42,712 bases of DNA from NCBI GenBank assembly GCA_016928395.1, contig JAFGKV010000276.1:1-42712 (forward strand). The letters are read 5' to 3'. Position numbers and translations under genes: made by a program. The notes below the pieces were generated by a model. That model was not told where the DNA came from. It saw only the letters and a list, made by a program, of their open reading frames with translations, and made no database searches. Positions 28,505 to 38,886 of the stretch are shown one piece after another (within the stretch, counting starts at the first letter, position 1; every line of letters begins with the position of its first letter). This DNA comes from Candidatus Fermentibacterota bacterium (GTDB lineage: Bacteria > JAFGKV01).

Positions 28505-29758
28505 ATGGGTGCTGAGCTGCCGCGTCATGAACCCTCATGGCTATGGCCCTCCGGGCTTTTGCGCGGCTACCTTGTTGGTGGATCGCTGCTGCTGGCCTTT
28601 GCTTTTCTGGTGTACACGCAATCTGTGGTGAATCGGATGGAACGGCAGAGCCTGGCGTTCATCCGTATGTTCAGGACCGTTCTTGAGACCGAGGCATCGG
28701 ATACTTCGGGCGCGGCAACCACCCACCTGGTCCCTCTGTTTGACGAGATCCGCGGCGTGCTTCACACCAGCATGCCCGTGGTGGTCACCGACCCTGAGGA
28801 CACGGTTCTCTTCGGGGCGGGCATCCCCGTGCTCCTCGGTCGCCCGCTGGTGGAGCAGCCGGAGCCAGTACGCCGGTCCATCCGGCGGATGGACACTTCG
28901 CGGCATCGTCTCCCTCTTCATGCAGAACCCGGGGGAGACCTTGTGGGCTACCTTATCTGGGGCGAGCACCGGGTAATCCGCGAGCTGCGGTGGATGCCGC
29001 CGCTGGAGATCCTCACGGTCGGGGTGTTTGTGTTGCTTGGATTACTGGGTCTCCGGCGTCTCAAGGCCGCTGAGCAGCGCTCTCTGTGGTTCGGCATGGC
29101 CAGGGAGGCCGCCCACCAGTTGGGGACACCCATTTCCTCGCTCATGGGGTGGGCCGAACTGCTCAAGGCGGAAGGAGGAGGGGATAGCGTACCGGCGGCT
29201 CAGGTGGCGGCTGAGATGAGCAGGGATATCGATCGGCTCTCCAAGGTTGCCCGCAGGTTCGAGCGTATTGGGCACCCTCCCCACGTCGAGACGATGGATG
29301 TTCGACCGATCATTGAGGAGACCGCGAACTATTTTCGCGCTCGCGTGCCGCATCAGGAACGCGGCGTGCGCATCCTTGAGGACTACGGAAGGATCTTGCC
29401 GGTCAAGGCCAACCGAGAGCTTCTCACCTGGGTCTTGGAGAATCTGGTTCGCAACAGCATCGAGGCTTTGGGTGACGGCGGTGAAGTGGTTCTTCGTACC
29501 GGCTTGGAACCAAGGACCAATGAAGTACGTATCCAGGTTGAGGACTCGGGGCGGGGAATGACCGGGAGGGTCCGGAGCAGGGCATTCAAACCGGGGTTCT
29601 CCACCAAGGCGCGTGGCTGGGGTTTGGGGCTTGCTATGGCCAGACGGATCGTCGAGGAGTATCACGGCGGGAGGCTTCGAATCGTGCGCAGCCAGCCGGG
29701 TCGCGGAACGCTCATGGAGATTACTCTACCAGGTCACGATCGAGGGCAAAGCCAGTGA
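28505..29758 (+). CDS. Membrane sensor histidine kinase
   Basis: 2 TMs, AREAAHQLGTPISSL (H-box), ENLVRNS, DSGRG, FSTK..GWGLGL. Confidence 0.92.
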   Translation: MGAELPRHEPSWLWPSGLLRGYLVGGSLLLAFAFLVYTQSVVNRMERQSLAFIRMFRTVLETEASDTSGAATTHLVPLFDEIRGVLHTSMPVVVTDPEDTVLFGAGIPVLLGRPLVEQPEPVRRSIRRMDTSRHRLPLHAEPGGDLVGYLIWGEHRVIRELRWMPPLEILTVGVFVLLGLLGLRRLKAAEQRSLWFGMAREAAHQLGTPISSLMGWAELLKAEGGGDSVPAAQVAAEMSRDIDRLSKVARRFERIGHPPHVETMDVRPIIEETANYFRARVPHQERGVRILEDYGRILPVKANRELLTWVLENLVRNSIEALGDGGEVVLRTGLEPRTNEVRIQVEDSGRGMTGRVRSRAFKPGFSTKARGWGLGLAMARRIVEEYHGGRLRIVRSQPGRGTLMEITLPGHDRGQSQ

Positions 29759-31317
29759 CGACACAGCGCGCATACCGGGTGCTGTGGGTGGATGACGAAG
29801 TGGACATGCTCAGACCTCACGTCATCTTCCTGGAGCAGAAGGGTTACATAGTTCGCACCGCGACCAACGGTGACGATGCGATCCACTACGTGCAGCGGGA
29901 GTCTTTCGATCTCATCCTGCTGGACAAGATCATGGCCGGCAGGGACGGCTTGAGCACACTGGAGGAGATAAAGACTATCAACTCGAGCCTGCCAGTGATC
30001 ATGATCACCAAGAGCGAAGACGAGGTGGTCATGGATCAGGCCATTGCCAAGCGCATTGACGACTATCTCATCAAACCCCTGAATCCGATGCAGGTCTATG
30101 GAGCGTGCCGGCGCATTCTGGAACGGGCACGAATCCGCGAGACGAGCCTGGCGGGCGAGTTTGCGAAGGCCTTTGGAGCCATGCAGCAACTCCTGAGGGG
30201 TGCCTGCGACCCTGCTGACTGGATCCGGTTGGCAGCCCAGCTTTCGGAATGGGACCTCCGACTGGACGGCAGCACCGACAGTGCGATGAAGCAGGCGCAT
30301 CGGGAACATCGCAGTGAGGTCAATCTGGAGTTCGGCAACTTCGTTGGCTCCCGCTATGGCGAGTGGGCTCGGGGACAGGGAGCGCCCGTGCTATCGCTCG
30401 ATGTGGTCCGCCTGTTCATCGCTCCGCATCTCCGTGCCGGGCGGAAAGTCGTGTTCTTCATCATCGACGGTATGCGGCTGGACCAATGGATGGCCATTGA
30501 ACCTCTACTTCGTCCGTTCTACAATGTGAAACGGCATGACTACTACGCGGTCTTGCCGACGGCCACGCCGTACTCCCGCAACGCCATCTTTTCCGGCCTC
30601 TACCCTGGGGAGATCGCCGAACGGTATCCGGCCTTCTGGCCTGATGCCACGGCCGAGGAAAGCTCCCGCAACCGGTTCGAGAGGGAATTGCTGGGCGAGC
30701 TTCTTCGCAGGCTTGGCATCAAGCTCAGGCATGATATCTTCTACCAGAAGGTGTTCACGGCGCAAGAAGCGGATGCAACGCGGAGGAACTTGCGCCAGAT
30801 CGCCTCTGCAGATCTTTCCGCCTTGGTGTATAGCTTCGTTGACATTCTGACCCACGGACGATCGCAATCGGAGATACTGAAAGAGATCGTGCCCGACGAG
30901 ACTGCCTTCAGAGGCCTGACCCGATCCTGGTTCAGCCATTCGGCGTTGTTTGAGCTCATGAAAGATCTCTCCGAGAAGGATAATCTCGTCGTGGTGACTT
31001 CCGATCATGGCTCAGTGCTGTGTCTGAGATCCACCAAGGTCTTCGGAAACAAGGACACTTCGACCAATGTGCGCTACAAGTACGGTCGAAACCTGGGCTG
31101 CAATGACCGGCATGCGCTGCACGTACGACATCCGAAGGAGTTTCGCCTGCCCACCGACAACCTGGTGACTGACTACCTCATCGCCAAGGAAGACTACTAC
31201 TTCGTCTACCCGACCCGTTTCCGGGAGTTCGAACGCCAGTACTACGGCGGTTTCCAGCACGGCGGCATCTCGCTGGAAGAGATGATCGTGCCTTTGGCCC
31301 TGCTTGAACCTCGATGA
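29755..31317 (+). CDS. porX: PorX-like response regulator with PglZ/alkaline-phosphatase domain
   Basis: REC domain (WVDDE, LLD, ITK); PglZ motifs IIDGMRLDQW, LPTATPYSRNAIFSG, TSDHG, FQHGG. Confidence 0.88.
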   Translation: MTTQRAYRVLWVDDEVDMLRPHVIFLEQKGYIVRTATNGDDAIHYVQRESFDLILLDKIMAGRDGLSTLEEIKTINSSLPVIMITKSEDEVVMDQAIAKRIDDYLIKPLNPMQVYGACRRILERARIRETSLAGEFAKAFGAMQQLLRGACDPADWIRLAAQLSEWDLRLDGSTDSAMKQAHREHRSEVNLEFGNFVGSRYGEWARGQGAPVLSLDVVRLFIAPHLRAGRKVVFFIIDGMRLDQWMAIEPLLRPFYNVKRHDYYAVLPTATPYSRNAIFSGLYPGEIAERYPAFWPDATAEESSRNRFERELLGELLRRLGIKLRHDIFYQKVFTAQEADATRRNLRQIASADLSALVYSFVDILTHGRSQSEILKEIVPDETAFRGLTRSWFSHSALFELMKDLSEKDNLVVVTSDHGSVLCLRSTKVFGNKDTSTNVRYKYGRNLGCNDRHALHVRHPKEFRLPTDNLVTDYLIAKEDYYFVYPTRFREFERQYYGGFQHGGISLEEMIVPLALLEPR

Positions 31318-31829
31318 TCCTGACGGCATTGACTATTCGTGGTGCGGTTGCATCGGATGCCGAGGGAATTCATCGCGTCGAAGGGGAGGCGTTCCCGGAC
31401 CCGTGGAGCCTACGCATGTTTTCCCATCTCATTGAGGGCGGCTCGCGGGCGAGTGCCCGTGTCATGGTCGGGTGCGTGGACGAGAGGATTCTGGGGTTCG
31501 TGGTAGCAGAGCGAGCGGATCCTGAGATCCACGTGACCAATATCGCCGTAGATCCTTCGTTTCGCCGGATGGGTATTGCACAGCGCCTCATGCAGGCCAT
31601 TGTCTCGTGGTCTGAGAACGAGGGGCTGGAAGAGGTGTGGCTGGAGGTCCGTGAGGGCAATCACGCGGCGCGAGCGCTTTATGGCGCCTTGGGCTTTGTC
31701 GAAATCCTCAGGCGTCCGCAGTACTATCGCCGTCCTGTCGAAGATGCGTTGATCCTGGCGCTGTTCCTGCGCGGAGCTCAGGCGTTGCCCGAGCGCCGAG
31801 TGGCGGTTTCATTGGAGCCCTGCTCGTGA
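31314..31829 (+). CDS. rimI: Ribosomal protein S18-alanine N-acetyltransferase
   Basis: FPDPWS, HVTNIAV...RRMGIA, LEVREGN..A..LY...GF, R..YY..PVEDA. Confidence 0.88.
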   Translation: MILTALTIRGAVASDAEGIHRVEGEAFPDPWSLRMFSHLIEGGSRASARVMVGCVDERILGFVVAERADPEIHVTNIAVDPSFRRMGIAQRLMQAIVSWSENEGLEEVWLEVREGNHAARALYGALGFVEILRRPQYYRRPVEDALILALFLRGAQALPERRVAVSLEPCS

Positions 31830-32228
31830 CGATGCGTCGACCGCTCGGTTGTGCGAGCGATGGCCGAATGGAGCCCGGGATTCAGCAACCGGCACCAAGA
31901 CCAGCCAGTCGGCAGTCGTTGGAATGCGTCAGAACCGTCGACAGTGCGCGGCGGGTTTCATGCGAAACGGGGCCTGGTTTTTCCGGATCCTGAGCTTCAC
32001 CAGGCTTCGGAAATGGCGTGTCCGCCAGATGTAGCCTCACCGCAGAGGCATTCAGTGCGGATCGTTTCCCCGTGGAGGTCGTTGTCGATGGCAGAGGAGG
32101 CGGGCGGGTCAAGGCACAATAGAGCGACGACAGTCGAGGTTCGGCCTTGAGTGGCAATGCCCCCGTGAGAGTCATGGAGCGGCCGCACAGCATGTCCTGG
32201 GGGCATGCTCATCGATGGGAGAGTCACA

Positions 32229-33146
32229 GTGAGTGAACCGTGGTACAAGCGAATCACCAGAGGGCCAGCGAGTCAACAGAAGCGAGACGTGCCGGAGGGA
32301 CTGTGGGTGAAATGTACTGAGTGCGGCGAGATTCACTATGAAGGCCAGCTTCGCAGGGCGCTGAGGGTGTGCCGGAAGTGTGGTTTCCATTTCCGGATTT
32401 CCGCTCGCGACTATTTCGAGTTGCTCCTCGACCCCGGGACTTTCGAGGAGTTGTACACAGACGTTCGCCCTGTCGATTTCCTCGGGTTTCGCGATGCGAA
32501 GCCCTATGCCGATCGTCTCAAGGCATCCCAGAAGAAGACAGGGCTGGAGGATGCCGCCATCGTCGGCTCTGCCGCCATTGCAGGGATTCCCGTAGCCATC
32601 GGGGCGCTTGAGTTTTCCTTCATGGGAGGCAGCATGGGCAGCGTCGTTGGGGAGAAGATCGCCCGGATCCTTGACTACGGATGCGAGCACGGTTTTCCCG
32701 CCATAACAATCACCGCCACGGGCGGGGCCAGGATGCAGGAGGGGATTCTCTCCCTCATGCAGATGGCCAAGACCGCTGGCGCGGTCGCCCGCCTCAACCG
32801 CACAGGCGTGCCCTACATCTCAATCCTGACCAATCCCTCCATGGCTGGCGTACTGGCGTCGTACGCCAGCCTTGGTGATGTCATCATCGCGGAACCCAAG
32901 GCGCTGTTGGGATTCGCGGGTCCTCGCGTTATCCAACGCACCATCAGACAGGAACTGCCGCCCGGGTTTCAGAGCTCTGAGTTCTTCCTCAACCACGGCA
33001 TGGTGGACATCGTTGCCCCCCGTGACCAACTCAGGGCTGTTGTCACGCGTGTGCTCAGTTTCTTCGTGTCGCGGCCCGCCGAGACGCCTTCCGTCGCATC
33101 CGAAAGCCTCACCGCGGAGCCCGCTGCACGCCCGGCTGACGCGTGA
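32229..33146 (+). CDS. accD: Acetyl-CoA carboxylase carboxyltransferase beta subunit
   Basis: PEGLWVKC..C, C..C, FMGGSMG, GGARMQEG, FAGPRVI, FQSSEF. Confidence 0.95.
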   Translation: MSEPWYKRITRGPASQQKRDVPEGLWVKCTECGEIHYEGQLRRALRVCRKCGFHFRISARDYFELLLDPGTFEELYTDVRPVDFLGFRDAKPYADRLKASQKKTGLEDAAIVGSAAIAGIPVAIGALEFSFMGGSMGSVVGEKIARILDYGCEHGFPAITITATGGARMQEGILSLMQMAKTAGAVARLNRTGVPYISILTNPSMAGVLASYASLGDVIIAEPKALLGFAGPRVIQRTIRQELPPGFQSSEFFLNHGMVDIVAPRDQLRAVVTRVLSFFVSRPAETPSVASESLTAEPAARPADA

Positions 33147-33826
33147 GGGACGCGCGGCGCGTGCGTCTTCTTGACAGGCTGCTTCCCGGTCTTCCCGCGC
33201 CCGCGGAACGACTATCCAATGCTCCGGTTGATAGCGGGCTAGTACGGGAGGCCCTGTCGCGTCACGGGCACTTCAGACTCACCGCGCGGGGAGGCAGCAT
33301 GAACCCGGCAATACCTGACGGCGCCATCCTGGAGATCGAACCAATACTGTTCGAACACGCCGGGTTTGGGGATGTGGTGATGGCCAGCTATGGCCCTTCC
33401 TGGTACGTGATCCACCGGGTTGTCGGTCGTGATCGTTCCGCCGACACCCTCCTCACCAAGGGCGACAGCCTTGATGCCGTCGATCCCAGAGTAGACAGGG
33501 CGGCGTTTCTTGGCCGCGTCGCCGGCTATGTCGTCGGTAGGCGCCAGGTTTGGCTAAAGAGGGGCCTCATGCGTGGGGCGGGGCCATTGCTGAGTGTGTT
33601 TTCCCTTGCATCGATGGGAGTTGCATCGCCTCTGTGCCGGATGCTGACGCGGACTCGGGGCGGCGTGAGAGTGGCTCGTCTGATCGCCAGGGCTTCTCGT
33701 GTTCCGGGCTGGGTTGTGGCCTGGTGTCTCGTTTTCCTCAGCCAGCGGCCCTGCGAGCCGCGAAGCAATGGTCAAGATAGAGGTCCCAGTGACGGTCACT
33801 GCCCCGAAGAAGCCACGGCACCTTGA
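33143..33826 (+). CDS. S24/S26-family (signal peptidase I-like) peptidase
   Basis: G.SM.P.I.DG, GDVV, VIHRV, TKGD...D...LGRV (Ser-His type). Confidence 0.75.
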   Translation: MRDARRVRLLDRLLPGLPAPAERLSNAPVDSGLVREALSRHGHFRLTARGGSMNPAIPDGAILEIEPILFEHAGFGDVVMASYGPSWYVIHRVVGRDRSADTLLTKGDSLDAVDPRVDRAAFLGRVAGYVVGRRQVWLKRGLMRGAGPLLSVFSLASMGVASPLCRMLTRTRGGVRVARLIARASRVPGWVVAWCLVFLSQRPCEPRSNGQDRGPSDGHCPEEATAP

Positions 33827-34847
33827 GGTGTTCTTCCACAATCTCAAACCCCGTCAGGTGCTCGAGTACGGTCTTTCTGGGGTCGCCGGCGCCCGCCTCC
33901 AGGTGCTGTGTCACCGCTGCGGTATGATCGAGATACGGAGTCGATACCACGAGAACGCCCTTGGGGGAGAGTACCCGCACCTTTTCGGCCAGAACGGCAA
34001 ATGGATCATTGACGATGTCAATGAGATTGCAGCTCGTGATCACATCGGCACTGCCCGTCTCCAGGGGAGTCTCGGTACCGCTGGCCACCACGAAATCCAC
34101 ATTTGCTGCAGTCATGGGCGGCAGCGGCACGTTTTCGAAAGAGATTCCCTCCCGATACACCCTTAGAGGCGGCGGACCGCACGGGACACCCAGCAGCGTT
34201 CGGCGGGCGGTAAGGATCTTCTCGAAGCTCAGGTCGATGCCGATGGCCTGCCGGCACAGACCAGCGATTCTGCGCGTCAACCCCCCCACCGAACACCCCA
34301 TGTCAACACCTAGCCCGGGGCTGTCGTTGGACCAGCGCTGGGCCATGTCGCCGAGCAGGCGAATCGGACCGCCGTCGTGGGAGGCAGTCTGGAGAGAGTC
34401 GAGGAGGTCATTGCCCGATGGAACAGGTGGGAAGTAGTGGGTCAGCAGGTAGGTCCCAAGCCATTTGTTCAGTGGGTGCGCGACCTGTTCATTGTAGGGG
34501 ACCGGTCGAGGAAACAGCTTGTCCTTCTTGCTCTCCAGATCGGCGAGCATGTGGGTGTGCAACCATACCTGGAACGGGGGACTCATCCCGCCAACGTCGG
34601 CCAGGTAGTCCTTGGCGAATGGGTAGAAGCTGCGGAAGAACCGGAAGGGGTTTCGTAGGAGCACTGCGACCCCCGCCACCACCGGGTAGACGGCTCCGCA
34701 TGCAGCACAGGAAAGCGCGCCCTCAAGCACCTCCTCGTTTCTCTCCGTCGCTGCCGGTTCCGGCGCGAGGACCAAATGCCCCCGGCACGGAGCTTCGACC
34801 TCGTCAAGGCCGACACACCTCAGCGCAGATAAGGCCCAGAGTCTCAT
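33738..34847 (-). CDS. Class I SAM methyltransferase with N-terminal Trm112-like Zn ribbon
   Basis: LRC..CRG.L..EG.L.C..CG..YPV..GV, then DMGCSVG, GIDLS, NLID, STPY. Confidence 0.8.
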   Translation of the reverse strand: MRLWALSALRCVGLDEVEAPCRGHLVLAPEPAATERNEEVLEGALSCAACGAVYPVVAGVAVLLRNPFRFFRSFYPFAKDYLADVGGMSPPFQVWLHTHMLADLESKKDKLFPRPVPYNEQVAHPLNKWLGTYLLTHYFPPVPSGNDLLDSLQTASHDGGPIRLLGDMAQRWSNDSPGLGVDMGCSVGGLTRRIAGLCRQAIGIDLSFEKILTARRTLLGVPCGPPPLRVYREGISFENVPLPPMTAANVDFVVASGTETPLETGSADVITSCNLIDIVNDPFAVLAEKVRVLSPKGVLVVSTPYLDHTAAVTQHLEAGAGDPRKTVLEHLTGFEIVEEHLKVPWLLRGSDRHWDLYLDHCFAARRAAG

Positions 34848-34849
34848 AG

Positions 34850-36988
34850 CTAGTTCAGATAACCCAGGGCGCGAAGCTGGGCCTCGGTCTCGGCGTCAAT
34901 CTTGGCCTCGGCGCCGTCAGCAGTGCTGGGAATTGACTCGGAGAGTGCCTCCGATGTCTCCATCCATGCCTGCAACTCCTGCAGCATGATCCGTGCATGC
35001 GCCGAATCGCTCCGCGCCAGATCCCACCGTTCGAGTGGATCCTGTGTGAGATCGAACAGCATCGTTTTGCCGCTGCCCGGATTGAGCACCAGTTTGAAGC
35101 CATCCCGCGTCAGTGATTTCAGTTCGTCGAAGTACAGCAAGGCCTCGGCGAAGGAGGGCTGTGCTTCATAGTCATCCGCGCCGTCGACAAGCGGCAGGAG
35201 ACTCATGCCCTGCATTTCCGGTGAGCCGGGGACACCGTACAGATCCAGAATCGTGGGCATCAGATCCAGGAGGCGTACCGGTTGACGGATCACGAGCCCT
35301 TCGGGCACGCGCCCGGGCATTCGCATGATGAGCGGTACTCGTAGTTGATCCTCATACAGCGTATGCCCATGCATGATCCCGTCGTGTTCCCAGAATTCCT
35401 CGCCGTGGTCTGAACCCACGATGAAAAGCGTCTGGTCCCAAATCCCTGTCTCCCTCAGTGCCTCTACCAGGCGTCCCATCTGGTCGTCCGTGTAGCGGAT
35501 CTCACGATCGTACAGGATCTCAAGCTGCATCTTATCCTCAGGCGAGAGGCGGGCACCCTGACGCATGGGATGGAGAAGCCCCGACGCATGCATGAATCGA
35601 CCCTTGTACGGCGCCTCGGAGAAGAGCCCCCGATACTCTTTTGGTGGGTCGTAGGGGTCATGGGGATCCACCGAATGGATCCACAGGAAGAAATCGCGAT
35701 CGTGGTGGAGGCGTATCCATTCTGTCGCCCTGTCCACGACGTCCTTGGCGAGGAAGGTACGATTCAGGCTGAATAGGTCGGGGCGGAAGCGTCGTACCAG
35801 GCGCATCCAGAGCATTCGCTGATACCGGCCCCAGTTGAACACCTCGCCCGAGTGGTGAAACCCATCGAACCCCTGCGCTATCCCGAACGTGTCCTGCAAC
35901 CACCCATTGGTCACGATGGCCTGGGTCAGGATACCGTGCTCCTGGAACTGCTCAGCCAGGGTGATGCGGGCCAGGTCGAGCTTGTTGTTTCCCGTGAGGA
36001 CTCTGTTCACCGTGGGATAGGTGCTGGTCATGAAACTGGCGATGGAGGAGAGGGTCCACGGTGACTGGGAGTACGCATGCCAGAACAGTGCGCCCTCAGC
36101 CGAGAGGGAATCCATGACCGGCGAGGTGTCGCGATGGTGCCCATAACACCCCAGATGATCCGCGCGAAGGGTGTCGATGGTGAACAAAATCACCTTGATG
36201 CCCTTGCCGCCGGGCCCGCCAGGCAGGAGGCGGATATGGGGCGTGACACTGGACGATACTGCGGCTATTGACAGAGCGCCAATGAGTGCCGGCAACGCTA
36301 ATGCCCGTACCAGCCCCGGGTGGCCCCGGTAGAGGACGGACAGAAGCCGGTGGATGACAGCCAGCATGACGAGAAAGGCGATGATCAGAAGTGCGAAGGC
36401 CGCCAGCATCCTCCAGAGCGCGGGGCCGAGCAGTAGATTCCGCTTGGCCCACAGGAAGAGCATCGCGGTGATGACGAGGGAGGGGGTCAAGGCTGCCAGC
36501 GTCAGAGCCACAGTCCGAGAGGAGAAGCGCCTGCATAGGGCATAGGCAATCACCCCGATGCCGATGCCGGCCAGGATCCCGCCCCCCGCGATCTGGGCAT
36601 TGAAGAGGATGCGGGAGGCGGAGAAGAGGATGGCCGCATTGAGGAACGGATTGCTGGCCATAATCGCCCACGCACACGCAGCAGCGGACGCGACGATGCC
36701 GGTCACCATGCCGACGCGGCCCGCGGGTGTCAGCAACCTGGCCCGCCGCGCCCACAGGGGATAGGAGAGAAGAGACAGGAGCAAGGCGGCAAGGGCCGCC
36801 CCGAATGGGTAGGCCGCTAGCGGTACCGCTACCGACGCGCTGAAGTCTTGCCAGGAACGGATTGTCTTGCTGGCGGGCCCCATTTGGATGGAGAGGATTG
36901 CTTGGAGGCCTTCGATGCCGGCATAGGCGAGACCGCCCAGATAGCCGACAATGATGGAGGTCTTGACGACATTCTTGAATGTGGACAT
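34850..36988 (-). CDS. Membrane-anchored sulfatase-like / alkaline-phosphatase-superfamily transferase
   Basis: ~7 N-terminal TMs; TIDTLRADH, SPWTLSS, DPHDPY, SDHGEEF..H, VPL. Confidence 0.85.
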   Translation of the reverse strand: MSTFKNVVKTSIIVGYLGGLAYAGIEGLQAILSIQMGPASKTIRSWQDFSASVAVPLAAYPFGAALAALLLSLLSYPLWARRARLLTPAGRVGMVTGIVASAAACAWAIMASNPFLNAAILFSASRILFNAQIAGGGILAGIGIGVIAYALCRRFSSRTVALTLAALTPSLVITAMLFLWAKRNLLLGPALWRMLAAFALLIIAFLVMLAVIHRLLSVLYRGHPGLVRALALPALIGALSIAAVSSSVTPHIRLLPGGPGGKGIKVILFTIDTLRADHLGCYGHHRDTSPVMDSLSAEGALFWHAYSQSPWTLSSIASFMTSTYPTVNRVLTGNNKLDLARITLAEQFQEHGILTQAIVTNGWLQDTFGIAQGFDGFHHSGEVFNWGRYQRMLWMRLVRRFRPDLFSLNRTFLAKDVVDRATEWIRLHHDRDFFLWIHSVDPHDPYDPPKEYRGLFSEAPYKGRFMHASGLLHPMRQGARLSPEDKMQLEILYDREIRYTDDQMGRLVEALRETGIWDQTLFIVGSDHGEEFWEHDGIMHGHTLYEDQLRVPLIMRMPGRVPEGLVIRQPVRLLDLMPTILDLYGVPGSPEMQGMSLLPLVDGADDYEAQPSFAEALLYFDELKSLTRDGFKLVLNPGSGKTMLFDLTQDPLERWDLARSDSAHARIMLQELQAWMETSEALSESIPSTADGAEAKIDAETEAQLRALGYLN

Positions 36989-37067
36989 TGGATGACCTAT
37001 CCTTGGGAGCGAGGGAGTGCGGGATGCCCTCGGAGATGAGATCCTTTGAAGAGAAGATACGGCTCAA

Positions 37068-38863
37068 TGAACAAGATGCTCGTGAGAATGGCAACATGCC
37101 TCCCTGCTGCGGCATTGATGGCCCTCTCGGCCGGGGCCGCGCCGTGGCCTGCGCCTCGGCACAACCCCGAGAACACAGCGTTTTCGGGGCGCCCCGCCGC
37201 GCTTCATCGTCAGCCCGTGCTACGCTGGAGGTTGGCATCTGCGGCCGGATCCGTCAATGCCTCATATCTGGCTGTGGGGGATCTCGACGGTGACGATTCG
37301 TCCGAGATCGTCACCGGGGCGGCACCAACGTCGGCGGGCAGTGACTCGGGAATGGCATGGGCTGTCAATGGGCAGGGTTCACTCGTGTGGTCAACTCCGC
37401 TGGACGGCTATGTGAAATGGGCCTCCCCCGTCCTGCTTCGAATCGATGGCGACACCCTCCCGGATGTCGTGGTGGGTGCATCCTCATGGTCGAGTCTCTT
37501 CGCCCTGCGGGGGTTCGACGGCGATACCCTGTGGACTGCCTTGGAAAGCTTGGCGCAGGTGGGCATGAACGCGGGAGATCTCGACAGCGACGGGAACACT
37601 GAGATCGTGGTCGCCGACTATCAGAGCCCCCGCCATGTGAGGTGCATCAATCGTTTCGGCGGGGTCGAATGGACCGTGACCACCTCGGGTACCACGTACA
37701 ACATCCCCGCCATCGGTCACCTGGGGGAGCTTCGCGGTGCGGCGTTCACCGCCCATGCCGCAGGGTGGCGGGAGCGCCTGTATTTTGTTGATGCCGAAGG
37801 AGGAGTCATCTGGTCGTATCTCGCCTCGCCGACCCGGGAGCAATTGGATCTCACACCGCCGGAGCTGGGCTACCTTCCCGACTATGGTTACGTATCGGCC
37901 ATTCTGGCTGACTTCGACGGTGACGCCCTGAACGAAATCGGTTTCGGCACTGATTTGAACTACTATGTGCTGGAACAGGATGGGGCATTGCGGTGGAAGA
38001 GGCCGACTGGCATCACCGGTACCGGTTTCACGGCTCTCCTGAACGCCGGGGGCGATACCGTCTCATTCCAAGATCACCACTACCAGGTCATGGATGCGGC
38101 CGTGGTCGATCTGGACGGCGACGGTTCCTGTGATGTGGTATACGGCCTTGGCAGCGATTGGTGGGGTCGCCAGGTTCAAGGGGAGCCCGCCACCTTGGAG
38201 GTGACCGAGGTCGTGTACCGGAACGCCATGGTGGCGCGTGGAGGCTTGGATGGTCGCCTCCTCTGGCAGTTCGATGCGCTCCATCCGTGCCTTGAGACGC
38301 ATGGAAGAGGGCGGATGGGCGAGCCGGTGGCCTGTCTCGTGGGCGGTGACGTGGTGGTGATTGCCGGGAGCAATGATGGCTATCTCTACGCAGTTCACGG
38401 ATCCACCGGAGCACTGCTCTGGGAGTTGTGGGGTGACTCCATGACATGGCGGCGGGGTATGGCCCTCGCCGACCTGGACGGCGACGGTCTGGATGAACTC
38501 ATCGTAGCGCGCGGCGGCGGCATCGAGGCATGGTCGTCCCTGGCCTCTCCCGTGGTGTCCGCATTGACGGGCCAGGGCGGTGTGCAGCTTTCCTGGTTTG
38601 GCGATTCCGCAAGCGAAGAATGGAGGATCTACCGCTGTTCTGGCGCCCATGCCCCGCAGGGGGAACTTCTCGCCACACTGCCTGCGGGCGTGACGACACT
38701 CACGGATCCGGCGCCGGGGTTCTGGCAGAACCCCGGTCTCAATGCCTACTATTATGTGGTGGGTGCCGCGGGAACGACGATGTCCGGCACATCGAACCGG
38801 GTGGGCGAGTTTGATTGGGCTCTTTCCAGGGGAAGGCCCGGGATCCGGGACACACCTGACTGA
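37068..38863 (+). CDS. Secreted FG-GAP/PQQ-like beta-propeller protein
   Basis: Signal peptide, repeated DLDGDG..E/D motifs, C-terminal domain ending YYYVV..SNRVGEFD. Confidence 0.8.
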
Positions 38864-38886
38864 GCTCTGGCCCCGACCCCGATGGT

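Noticed and set aside
31954-31969. parS-like GGTTTCATGCGAAACG
   Set aside because: Only 12/16 match to TGTTTCACGTGAAACA, broken symmetry, single copy.
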